From assembly GCA_002269645.1 (NCBI GenBank), contig NIVC01004768.1:1-35501 (forward strand): 35,501 nt of DNA, in the 5' to 3' direction. A program made the position numbers and the translations under genes. The DNA is from Macrostomum lignano. Its lineage: Eukaryota. Position 1 is the first letter of the stretch, and each line of letters begins with the position of its first letter. Below, one piece after another: positions 20,543 to 31,451 of this stretch. The notes under the pieces are model-generated. The model searched no databases. It worked only from the letters and a program-made list of their open reading frames with translations, and was not told where the DNA came from.

Positions 20543-22296
20543 GTGCTGGAAAACCTGGGCCTGCGCATCAGCGCCGGCATCATGGACATGCAGGAGCGCA
20601 AGGACCACATCCAGACTGAGGTGGCCAAACTGTGCGGCCCGCCCAAGCTTAAAGCCAATGGCTCGCCTTCCATCGTGCCGCCGCCGCTGCCTCGGCCCGG
20701 CCGAGGTCGCCGACGTCGCCGCCGCGCCTCCATGTTCGGCTGGAACTACCGCAACAGCGATGATGCGCCAGGGCCCAGCAGCCAAGCCCAGGAGCGGCTG
20801 GACGAGCTGGGCCTCACCGCTAAGCGAAGCCTGCCCGCCAGCCGGAGCCTGTTCAGGCCCAGCAGCCTGGCCAAGCGCTTTTGCAAGGCCGACCCGGCCC
20901 CGCCTGGACGCTGCTGGAACGGCACCGACTCCGCCGCTGGCTACACGGCGCCAGCGTCGACGGTAGCGTCGCCAGTAGAGCCGCCTACACTGGCCGTGTC
21001 TCAGCGGGTGGCCAATCTGCGCGCCGCTCACCGGCTTCTAGCCGAGCTGCCTAAAAGCGAAAGCTTTGCCGGCTTCGTCGAGCAGCCGCTGGATCCAACG
21101 CTTAGGGGCCTGCTTAATAAACGCGCCAGAGTGGCGTCTAGCATTGGCAGTTCCGGCCCCAGCCTGACAGACGCTTTGCCTATCGGCGCCGCTACTAGTG
21201 GCGCCGGCCTCGGTTCCGGCAGCGGCGCCGCTCCTCCGCCCGTGCCGGTGGCCCCTCGGCCTCGCCCGCCCGCCGGCGGATTTCCGCGCCGGCTTTCAAC
21301 TCTGCCTCCGCTGACCCGGCCGCCGCCTGCTGGCGTAGTTGATTCTTGGCGTCCGTTGCCGCCAATTCGGCCGCGCCCAGACACGGCCGGGTCCGGCGAT
21401 GCCGCCGGTCCGCCGCCAAGGCCAGGGGTCTGGGTACCCCCGCCTGCAGCCACCCGGGAGCCACCGGCGCCGCCTGCAACCCGCTGGCCACCGCTGCCGC
21501 CTGCGACCCGCTGGCCACCGCTGCCGCCTGCGACCCGTTGGCCACCGCTGCCGCCTGCGACCCGTTGGCCACCGCTGCCGCCCCCGCAGCCGCCCGTTGT
21601 TGACGGAAGCTCCACAGTTGCTCCGCTGCCTTGGCGGCCGCCACCCGTTAACCCAGGCCTCGGCTCCGGCGACGAAGAGCGGCCGCCACCCCGTCCGGGG
21701 TGTTCGTCCCGGCTCTGCCCACCGCCAGCTCTTCCTCTTCATCCACATCCGGCCCACTCGTGCCCGGCGGCGTCTCTTCGGGCGACGGCGAGCCAACCGG
21801 GCCTCCGCCGCCGCCTCGGCCGGTTCCGTCCGGCTGGCCGTGGCCGCCTATCGTCGACGTCGGCGGCGGCGAGACCTCCGGCGACGGTGAATTGCCGCCC
21901 CCAGTGGCGCCGCCTCAGCCACCGTCACCGCCAACCGAGTCCTGGTGGACGCCCCGGCCGCCGGTACAGCCGCAGCCGCCCCGGAAGCCGGCCACCCGCT
22001 GGCCGCCGCAGCCGCCCCGCCAGCCGCCCCGCCAGCCGCCCACCCGCTGGCCGCCGGTCATCCCCGGCCCGCCGCCCGGCGGTGACCTGTGGCTGCCCAA
22101 AGAGCCGGACGATCAAGGCGGAGCGGAGCGCGGCCGCGGCGAAGGCTCCATCCACGGCCCGATGAAGATGACCAGCGCCAAGCGGGCCTGCCCGCCAGGC
22201 TCCCCGGCCTGTCCGGCCTGCCGCCCGCTGGCCGCCTCGGCCGGGACTCTCCTGCTGCTGGCCGGTCTGCAGCGGCTGCTTATGCTGCTGCGCTGA
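20543..22296 (+). CDS. Glypican, coding exon 2 (with a 1-nt frameshift at 21697-21700): end of the Cys core, polybasic site, long Pro/Trp-rich stalk with Ser-Gly sites, GPI-type signal
   Basis: CGCGCAG acceptor in phase 0; LRISAGIMDMQ…LCG, FCK and CWNG give cysteines 12-14; restoring one G joins ORF 20510-22165 to ORF 21700-22296, which ends in the hydrophobic LAASAGTLLLLAGLQRLLMLLR*; corrected protein 894 aa. Confidence 0.85.
21469..21585 (+). repeat. Coding 27-bp tandem repeat in the glypican stalk (PPATRWPPL x4)
   Basis: CCGCCTGCGACCCGCTGGCCACCGCTG units, in frame. Confidence 0.9.
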
Positions 22297-22745
22297 TTTA
22301 GCATCGCATTACTCGAAGCCCCGCTGTGTCTCTCTCTGCCTACTCAAATCTCTCTAATTCTCTCTCGCAGTAATTTCGCTAACTCTCATTCCCTATTCGC
22401 TTAGCTGTTCGTCTTTTCAAAGTAGGCCTCACCGTCACCCCCTACTCCTCAAATCACTTTTGCATTATTGTGTCTTTGTTTTGGTGAGAATGAGCCTGTC
22501 TCTCTCTGTCGCTACCTCATCTGCATCGGATCTAGCTCTGATCCTTTTCATTTTGTTAATTGCTTATTGTTGTTATTATTATTATTATTGTTAAAAAATA
22601 CCTTCAAAAAGATTGCAATCTCCCTCTTCCCCTTCGTTCCCTGCTGCTGCAACTCTTTATACAACACCCTCTCCATCTGTCTGCCTTCATCATGTAACTG
22701 ACACCGAGAGACATCAGATTTAGGGACAGAAAGGATACAACAATT

Positions 22746-22751
22746 AATAAA
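22746..22751 (+). terminator. Candidate polyadenylation signal for glypican
   Basis: AATAAA 450 nt after the stop codon. Confidence 0.35.
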
Positions 22752-23239
22752 TAGCGATTAAATTTTCTAGCTGCTGAGAAGAAGGTTGGCATAAATTACT
22801 TTTTCAAATTATCCTTCTGTCATGTTGCTATAATCTGATCATGCTTGTACAGTACTGCAGACTACCATTCTCGCACGCTTTTTTACTATAATTATTTGTT
22901 GTTTTTTTCACTCTAGTAGTTCATAGCTAGCTGCAAAGTAGTAACCGGCCTGTCTGTTTGATATTGTGTGTTTTGTTTGTTATATTTGTATTTTTCTATT
23001 AAATTATTGTATTAATACGTAAACAACGACAACAAGAACAAACAGATAAATGCCTAAGTGCAATATTTGTCTGGCTCTCAGCGTAGTTCCTCGTGTATAA
23101 TTTCACTTTTTCGTCTTTTTTGTTACTGTCCCATCCCTTTCTTCTCCTTCTCCTCCTAGGTCTCGCAGAGTTTTGAATAACTTACAAAATTTGTTGCATT
23201 TGCATTAGTTGATTCAACCTATTGGTCCTGTCTCCCCGT

Positions 23240-23611
23240 TGTCACCCCCATGGTCCTTCAGCGGGAGCCGCTGCCTCCCCCCCCATGGTCCTTCAGCGGG
23301 AGCCGCTGTCTCCCCCCATGGTCCTTCAGCGGTAGCCGCTGTCACCCCCCATGGTCCTTCAGCGGGAGCCGCTGTCACCCCCATGGTCCTTCAGCGGTAG
23401 CCGCTGTCACCCCCATGGTCCTTCAGCGGGAGTCGCTGTCTCCCCCCATGGTCCTTCAGCGGTAGCCGCTGTCACCCCCATGGTCCTTCAGCGGGAGTCG
23501 CTGTCTCCCCCCATGGTCCTTCAGCGGGAGTCGCTGTCTCCCCCCATGGTCCTTCAGCGGGAGTCGCTGTCTCCCCCCAATGGTCCTTCAGCGCAGTCGC
23601 TGTCTCCCCCC
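23240..23611. repeat. Minisatellite, ~33-bp unit CCCCCATGGTCCTTCAGCGGGAGCCGCTGTCA
   Basis: Tandem array; units carry a CAGCGG-NAG-CCGCTG hairpin, imperfect in the later units. Confidence 0.95.
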
Positions 23612-24137
23612 GGTCAGTCACAATTCTTTTCCATTTGGCCTTGTTGTGACCTCCCAACAGAATTCCTGTATGCATTGGATAGGGCAAGGACAGTCTTTAT
23701 ACAGACTATTTGGACTCAGACATGAATCGCTGTAGTCATTGGCGAAAGTATACGATTCGTTTTCGAACAGAGCACTCGCTGATGTAAGAAGTCTGCACGC
23801 GAATAAACGAGCTTGAATGAGCAATTAAGTTGAGCAGAATAGGTATGCCATAAAATATTAAATGCAGACAGAATTGCCTATAATGTGGTAGGGTTGGCTT
23901 ATTTAGCTCGTGAGCTTTAGAAAGAATGTGTGCAAACTCTTGTTGATGGCACTGGCCATTCTTTGCTGCTTTTGTGGACAGGGGCTCTTAATGACTGTTA
24001 AAAGGTTTTAGTCTTTTTTTCTTGTGTCTTCTGCAAGTTTTACAGCGTCTGCAATAGTTTCTCTTAAATTTGAATCTCTGCTGGCATTCCCTTCATAATA
24101 AATTCCATCGTAGTTTATCCAATGTAGCTTACGAGTA

Positions 24138-24480
24138 GGTAGAGTAGGGACTGCCCCTGAAGAGTCTGAGGTAGAGTAGGGACTGCCCCTGAAGAGTCTG
24201 AGGTAGAGTAGGGACTGCCCCTGAAGAGTCGGAGGTAGAGTAGGGGCTGTCCCTGAAGAGTCGGAGGTAGAGTAGCGGCTGCCCCTGAAGAGTCGGAGGT
24301 AGAGTAGCGGCTGTCCCTGAAGAGTCGGAGGTAGAGTAGCGGCTGTCCCTGAAGAGTCGGAGGTAGAGTAGCGGCTGTCCCTGAAGAGTCGGAGGTAGAG
24401 TAGCGGCTGTCCCTGAAGAGTCGGAGGTAGAGTAGCGGCTGTCCCTGAAGAGTCGGAGGTAGAGTAGCGGCTGTCCCTGA
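24138..24480. repeat. Minisatellite, 32-bp unit GTCCCTGAAGAGTCGGAGGTAGAGTAGCGGCT
   Basis: Tandem array read directly. Confidence 0.95.
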
Positions 24481-25493
24481 AAGGCACAGAGGTTCCATTG
24501 ATTTTGCTGAAAGCAACACGGAAATTCAAGCTCAGTAAGGCTTAGGGAGAAGAGAAGAAAGTGTTTCATTGCTGTAGGGATTTTCTGTGATGCCTCTGCT
24601 TTGTCGATCGCTTGCTAATTATTTATTGCACTGTCGAGTTTTTTCTTCGAGTTGTTTTTGTTTTAATTTTACAACGTGCTCGTCTTTTTAAACTGCTGCT
24701 TTAACTGATTCTTTGAAACGAAGCTTAGTTTGTACTATTATAAATAACTGAGTTCCTTACAACGCGGGGTTTTCGAATATCATTCGAATCTAGGTCTGTT
24801 TTTAACTGTTTGTTTAAACACGTTTTTTGAATTGAGCATATTTGACTGCAGAACAATGGGTCCGATAACTTATGAAATTTTATGGCTGCTTTTTCACAAG
24901 TATTTTTACAATACTTTCCTCAGCTCTCTTTTACTAACTTTATATTATATGCGTACTTCTTGCTAAATCGCACCTTAATTCTATACTGATTATTAATAAA
25001 AATAATTGCTAATCTTTAGTCTTCGAAGCGACTTCATTGTGCGACTTACAATATTGAATTATGTAGGCTACAGTTGATATTGCTGCCTTTTAGTTTCTTT
25101 TTATCACCTTGTTTTGCACAGGTTTTTCTGTTTTTACTATCGATATGATTAGTAATCATGTGCTTTTTGCTATTCTATCTAGCAACGAAGGGTCACTGCG
25201 TATATTATTATTAAAATCTAGCGTATCTTGCTTTGTTTTATTACAAAACAACTTTTTTTAACATTTTTCAAACTTGCAAACACGAGCAAACAAAACAATG
25301 AACCTGCAGCGCTTCGTCTGTAGTGCTTCAAAATAGTAATTCACATGCGGTCAAGCTATATTTTGTTGTTTTATAAACGCCTATTAACTACAAATATATT
25401 ATTACTATTATTATGCATATACCGTCATCCGTTGCGAACAAATATGAAAAAAAAAGCACTTTGTTATTACTGATAATTGTTTTCCTTTTAAGA

Positions 25494-25897
25494 AGAGCCC
25501 ATAAGGACTGATAAAGAGCGGATAAGAACTGATAAGGAGCCGATAGGAACTGATAAGGAGCCGATAAGAACTGATAAGGAGCCGATAAGAACTGATAAGT
25601 AGCCGGTAAGAACTGATAAAGAGCCGATAAGAACTGATAAGAGCCGGTAAGAACTGATAAGGAGCCGATAAGAACTGATAAGGAGCCGGTAAGAACTGAT
25701 AAGGAGCCGATAAGAACTGATAAGGAGCCGGTAAGAACTGATAAGGAGCCGATAAGAACTGATAAGAGCCGATAAGGAGCCGGTAAGAACTGATAAGGAG
25801 CCGATAAGAACTGATTAAGAGCCGATAAGGAGCCGGTAAGAACTGATAAGGAGCCGATAAGAACTGATTAAGAGCCGATAAGGAGCCGGTAAGAACT
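25494..25897. repeat. Minisatellite, 21-bp unit GATAAGAACTGATAAGGAGCC
   Basis: Tandem array read directly. Confidence 0.95.
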
Positions 25898-26530
25898 CAA
25901 AGGATAGTACGCTCGTAGCTTCGCTATGAAAGCCAATCGATAGGCTTTCTTAGGCTGGGGTTCTTGCTTGGCGAATTCCTGCCAAAATGGCATGCACGCA
26001 CTACTCGTATAAACTGCGTGGTACGAGTGTATATGCTGGTTAAGTCTCCCAGAGAGGCAACAAGAATCGGAAAGAAGTTTCTTTTCACAGCAGTATCGTC
26101 AGTTGATCCGCCTAGAGATACTTGTGCGGCCGGCTTAGCCGTTATTGCATTGGGGGGATAAGTGCAGCCGTGTTGCATGGTAATGGCATTTCTCTTCAGT
26201 GCAGACTGGTCGCGCATTCCTGATACTCTCTATCCGGCTGGATTCTCTCCCCCCAATTCCTCTGATCCTCCAGTCTCCCTCCACAGGAATCTGCATCTGC
26301 ACTCAAGGCACGCCAGTTTCCTCTCCTTATTAATTCTTGAATTCTTTCCTCGCAGCTCCTTGGGATTGGAACAAGCCCAAGACAAGCAAAGGCGGGCCGG
26401 TATTCGTGGCAAACTTGGCAACCATTTTTTTGGCGCTCTAAGCCTCTAAAACATCATTGGTGTTCATTTTGGCGAAATGTCTTCAAGTCCTAAATGCGTT
26501 CCTGCGATTCGGATATCCTATTCGGCTTTC

Positions 26531-26995
26531 CTGACACCCATATCAGCCCTACTGACACCCATGTCATCCCCACTGACACCCATGTCATCCCCACTGACAC
26601 CCATGTCAGCCCTACTGACACCCATATCAGCCCTACTGACACCCATATCAGCCCCACTGACACCCATGTCAGCCCTACTGACACCCATGTCAACCCTACT
26701 GACACCCACGTCATCCCTACTGACACCCACGTCATCCCTACTGACACCCATGTCAGCCCCACTGACACCCATGTCAACCCTACTGACACCCACGTCATCC
26801 CTACTGACACCCACGTCATCCCTACTGACACCCACGTCATCCCTACTGACACCCACGTCATCCCTACTGACACCCATGTCAGCCCCACTGACACCCATGT
26901 CAACCCTACTGACACCCACGTCATCCCTACTGACACCCACGTCATCCCTACTGACACCCATGTCAGCCCTACTGACACCCATGTCATCCCTACTG
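26531..26995. repeat. Minisatellite, 21-bp unit CCCTACTGACACCCAYGTCAN
   Basis: Tandem array; stop-free in several frames, giving ORFs 26477-27090. Confidence 0.95.
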
Positions 26996-27449
26996 TAAAG
27001 GGTTTGGCGTTCCTGATTTATTATTTAGGCGCGGCTTTCATTTTTACATTTTTGTTTTACATGAGTTTTCACATTGCAGTGCAGCAATAGATTAATGCCT
27101 GAGGATGGAGTCCAAAGAATCGACAATTTATTTATCGAAATTCTTCAAATAGGAACCATTCGGCGATTGATACGAGTGTAAACGCTTATTTATTTCCAAT
27201 ATTTCCAATTCCACTCTTATAGAGACTGGGTCTCCCATATCTTTATCGACGGCTATACAATTGCTACGAGTATTGGAATTTGATTTTCGCAGCTCAGCCT
27301 CATTCACTCGAAGATTTTCCCCATGGTTTTCATCTGTCCAACGAGGGTTGATAAGGATAGTGCAGCAGACACAATATTGCGTTTAGCCTCCTCTTCAATA
27401 TGAGTAGAAAAACCCTTAAACTTCAGTGGAATACTGCCCTTTTATCAAT

Positions 27450-28187
27450 CAGCGGGTGTTGATTCCCCTCTCCTTGTACACCAGCGGGTGCTGCTTCCCC
27501 TCTCCTTGTGCACCAGCGGTGCTGCTTCCCCTCTGCATTGTACACCAGCGGGTGCTGATTCCCCTCTCCTTGTACACCAGCGGGTGCTGCTTCCCCTCTC
27601 CTTGTGCACCAGCGGGTGCTGCTTCCCCTCTCCTTGTACACCAGCGGGTGTTGATTCCCCTCTGCATTGTACACCAGCGGGTGTTGATTCCCTCTGCATT
27701 GTACACCAGCGGGTGCTGATTCCCCTCTGCTTTGTACACCAGTGGGTGCTGATTCTCCTCTGCATTGTACACCAGCGGGTGCTGCTTCCCCTCTCCTTGT
27801 GCACCAGCGGGTGCTGCTTCCCCTCTGCATTGTACACCAGCGGGTGTTGATTCCCCTCTGCATTGTACACCAGCGGGTGCTGATTCCCCTCTGCATTGTA
27901 CACCAGCGGGTGTTGATTCCCCTCTGCATTGTACACCAGCGGGTGCTGATTCTCCTCTGCATTGTACACTAGCGGGTGCTGCTTCCCCTCTCCTTGTACA
28001 CCAGCGGGTGCTGATTCCTCTCTGCATTGTACACCAGCGGGTGCTGATTCCTCTCTGCATTGTACACTAGCGGGTGCTGATTTCCCTCTGCATTGTACAC
28101 CAGCGGGTGCTGATTCCTCTCTGCATTGTACACCAGCGGGTGCTGATTCCTCTCTGCATTGTACACTAGCGGGTGCTGATTCCCCTC
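27450..28187. repeat. Minisatellite, ~33-bp unit CTGCATTGTACACCAGCGGGTGCTGATTCCCCT
   Basis: Tandem array read directly. Confidence 0.95.
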
Positions 28188-28213
28188 TTATGGCAGCTAT
28201 AAAGAAAGGCCGC

Positions 28214-28479
28214 CTACGAATAGCAGATCATTTGAAATATAGGAGCGTATTTTACCAGGCAATAAGACGGCCATTGGAATTCACCGTTGGGATCGTTAAG
28301 GTTTACAACCTTGGCCGCTAAAAATTGACGCAAGCGTAAACTGTCTCCCTAGACGGCCCGCAGAATGTGCAATGAATTCGTTCAATAATAACGTTGCCGT
28401 AGTCTTTCGAAGCGAAGTAGACCTCTGAAGCTTTGCATTTGTAATGAGACACATCTGGATGCCTAAGCTTAAGCTGCAT
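28214..28479 (-). pseudogene. Cryptic coding-like frame (89 codons if one T is restored in the run at 28320-28324); product unknown
   Basis: MQLKLRHPDVSHYKCKASEVYFASKDYGNVIIERIHCTFCGPSRETVYACVNF / LAAKVVNLNDPNGEFQWPSYCLVKYAPIFQMICYS*; no family recognised. Confidence 0.3.
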
Positions 28480-28756
28480 ACTTGAAAGTTATTGGCTTTT
28501 TAGCTGTTGCCCTGTTTTGCCACGGCTTTGAACTTTATCGAAGTTTGCTAAGAATTCCTTAATCCAGCATTATACAGATAATAAGAGCTTACCCTGCCAT
28601 TACTGCCATCGCATCAACAACTCTTGGCGTGTATGAAGCGGTAAGACTGGGTACGGACTATAATGGCAAATAAATTGGACCTAGTCCGTGTGTTTACCGC
28701 AAAACATGTCATGCATGCTACTGTATATCAGTAGAGCAATAAGTCTTTGGGGGTCC

Positions 28757-29033
28757 TATTTCATTTTTGAGCGGGTGCCATTTCATTTGAGTGGGCGCCA
28801 TTTCATTTGAGTGGGCGCCATTTCATTTGAGTGGGCGCCATTGCATTTGAGTAGGCGCCATTTCGTTTGAGTAGGCGCCATTTAATTTGAGTGGGCGCCA
28901 TTGCATTTGAGTAGGCGCCATTTCATTTGAGTAGGCGCCATTTCATTTGAGCGGGCGCCATTTCATTCGAGTGGGCGCCATTTCATTTGAGTGGGCCCGC
29001 CGTTTCATTTGAGTGGGCGCCAGTTCATTTGAG
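28757..29033. repeat. Minisatellite, 20-bp unit GCGCCATTTCATTTGAGTGG
   Basis: Tandem array read directly. Confidence 0.93.
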
Positions 29034-29379
29034 TATATTGGAGTGTAGTGAAGGGAGATAGTTTTAAGTCTCAATCCCACGATCAGGTATTTGGTCACCC
29101 TCCCCTCTCCACTCTATCCTACTACCCTCTTTCTCACCCCCTCACACTGTAGTGTATTGTAGTTGTTCAAATATCAAAGATCAACACAGTGCTGACTACT
29201 AAAGTTTATATCTTGAGTTTAGGTCTGGTTCAGCTCTTCCGATCCTTTTCAAATAGCTTGTACTAGTAAGATTGAAGTTAATCAGCTCTCCTGTGCCATT
29301 ATTACAAAAATGATTTGACAGTGACGTCTAATCTTTCCCTTCTCCAACTCTCATCCTCTCTTTCCCAACCTTTTTAACA

Positions 29380-30326
29380 CACACTTTACCACCCTTTTAC
29401 CACCCTATTTACCACACTCTATCTACCACACTCTTTCCCACCCTTTTTACTGCAATCTTTATCGAACTCTTTACCACACTCTTTACTACACTTTATCACA
29501 CTCTTTGTCACACTCTTTACCACACTCTTTACTACACTTTATCACACTCTTTGTCACACTCTTTACCACACTCTTTATTACCCTCTTTACCACACTCTTT
29601 ACCACACTTCATCACCCTCTTTGTCACCAGTGGCGGATCCTGGGGGGGGGGCCAAGGGGGCCATGGCCCCCCTCAGCTGCCTCGAAAAAAATTCTGCTCT
29701 TGGCCTTTGGCCCCCTTCTAAGTAAAGAAAGGGCTTGGGCCTTGGGGTGGGTTCCTACTCGGGGCAGTATGAAAAAATTTGGCCCCCCCCTCAAGAAATT
29801 CCCGGATCCGCGCCTGTTTGTCACACTCTTTATCACCCTCTTTACCACACTCTTTATCACCCTCTTTACCACACTTTTTACCACACTCTTTACCACACTC
29901 TTTATCACCCTCTTTACCACACTCTTTAATCACCCTCTTTACCACACTCTTTATCACCTTCTTTACCACACTCTTTATCACACTCTTTACCACACTCTTT
30001 ATCACCCTCTTTACCACACTCTTTACCACACTCTTTATCACCCTCTTTACCACACTCTTTACCACCCTCTTTACCACACTCTTTACCACACTCTTTACCA
30101 CACTCTTTATCACCCTCTTTACCACACTCTTTACCACACTCTTTACCACACTCTTTACCACCCTCTTTACCACACTCTTTACCACACTCTTTATCACACT
30201 CTTTACCACACTCTTTACCACACTCTTTACCACACTCTTTACCACACTCTTTACCACACTCTTTACCACACTCTTTACCACACTCTTTACCACACTCTTT
30301 ACCACACTCTTTACCACACTCTTTCC
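29380..30326. repeat. Minisatellite, 12-bp unit ACCACACTCTTT, interrupted by a MITE
   Basis: Tandem array on both sides of 29628-29816. Confidence 0.95.
29628..29816. mobile_element. hAT-like MITE, 189 bp
   Basis: TIRs CAGTGGCGGATCC / CAGGCGCGGATCC (11/13) with subterminal G-run+GGCC motifs; perfect 8-bp TSD TTTGTCAC at 29620-29627 and 29817-29824. Confidence 0.9.
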
Positions 30327-31014
30327 CACCCTTTCTCTTTCTCACACTCTTTCTCATTTTTTGCCATCCTCTGTTTCCCACCATCTCCTCAGCCTCTCTC
30401 CCACCTTTTTTCTGTCGCCCTTGGTTCCTATTTTCACTTCTTGGCCAATTGTCGCTAGCCTGCAATGTACATGTACGAGGGCAATATTAATTTTTAATCT
30501 AGTTTCTCTTTGTACTACTTCGATGTCTTTCGGTTTCCATCCATTCACCGCAATGAAAGCTAAACAATAAAAATCTCATACGCTAAATTTTGTCTCTATA
30601 TTTCACAAGATTGCTCAGCAATGAACTCCCTCCATGGCGAGTCAAGGGCCGCTCTCGTGAGCCTGCTGCAGGTCGGGGCAACCCCCTTTTGTTAGACTGA
30701 ATTGTTCTCAGCGTTGTAACTCGTACACCAGCCAGCAGAGACTTTAAACAAACCTGTAGCTTTAGTCTCTGCAGCCACCCCTGCGCTCTCTTCTCACACC
30801 CCGAGTAGCCAAGGACTTCAGCGTGTAACTATATGGACTGCATAGTTATAACAGATTGTTTAATTGTTTAATTGAAATTATAGTAGGACTTTTTTTTACC
30901 AGTTTCCAATCCAGATCTCTGTTAGCCTCCATTAGTAGTCCATAAATAATTCGCGCGTGCGCCAGGCTCGGAGACGAGAGATAGGACGGGGCGGTCCCCA
31001 GCTGCAGAATACAA

Positions 31015-31124
31015 GTAAGCTTACGGAGAGAGGCAAAGTTAGACAGAATGAGAACGCTGGGGTCGGACGGGACCCCCCTCTTGGCCAGTTTATTGCTTAA
31101 AATTATTACTTTTTACTACTGCAG
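31015..31124 (+). other. Probable 5' UTR intron of the SLC6 gene
   Basis: CAA|GTAAGC donor and TTTTTACTACTGCAG acceptor 55 nt upstream of the start codon. Confidence 0.55.
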
Positions 31125-31130
31125 ACGATA

Positions 31131-31166
31131 ATGGAACTCCGCTTGAAGAAGTTCATTAAAGATTGA
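31131..31166 (+). promoter_or_regulatory. Upstream ORF (MELRLKKFIKD*) in the SLC6 leader
   Basis: ATG at 31131, TGA at 31164-31166, 13 nt before and out of frame with the main ATG. Confidence 0.45.
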
Positions 31167-31179
31167 AAATTTATTTAAA

Positions 31180-31444
31180 ATGGCCTCCGAGTCAGCTGTG
31201 TCGGACACTGTAGAGCTGGCCGAGCTCGGCGAACGGCCGATGCGGCGTCGGACACTGTCCGAGGACTCGCAGTCGGGCTACTCGGCCAAGACCTGGAACT
31301 CGGACAGCGATCAATTCGAGCAGAATTTCAAAGATCGGGGCGTCTGGAGCAGCAAATTTGACTTCTTCTTTGCCTGCCTCGGCTACGGAGTTGGGATGGC
31401 CAACTTCCTGCGCTTCCCCGGGCTCGTGTTCAAGAATGGCGGCG
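31180..31444 (+). CDS. SLC6 / sodium:neurotransmitter symporter family transporter, coding exon 1 (N-terminus, TM1)
   Basis: DRGVWSSKFDFFFACLGYGVGMANFLRFPGLVFKNGG; donor G|GTGCGT, phase 1. Confidence 0.93.
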
Positions 31445-31451
31445 GTGCGTG

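Noticed and set aside
21689-21712. Programmed -1 ribosomal frameshift or micro-intron in glypican
   Set aside because: No X XXY YYZ slippery heptamer and no GT…AG pair at the junction; a homopolymer indel is simpler
20471-22304. Many overlapping ORFs on both strands within glypican exon 2
   Set aside because: Shadows of very GC-rich proline-coding sequence
23240-28187. CRISPR arrays (32-33-bp repeats)
   Set aside because: Units are head-to-tail with no unique spacers, there are no cas genes, and the context is eukaryotic
26477-30570. Repeat-protein ORFs (TDTHV, CTPAG, FTTL, KECG types)
   Set aside because: All frames and both strands are open within the arrays and close at the array edges; no splice or start context
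30735-30772. miRNA-like hairpin GCAGAGACT…AGTCTCTGC
   Set aside because: Only a 9-bp stem, far shorter than a pre-miRNA
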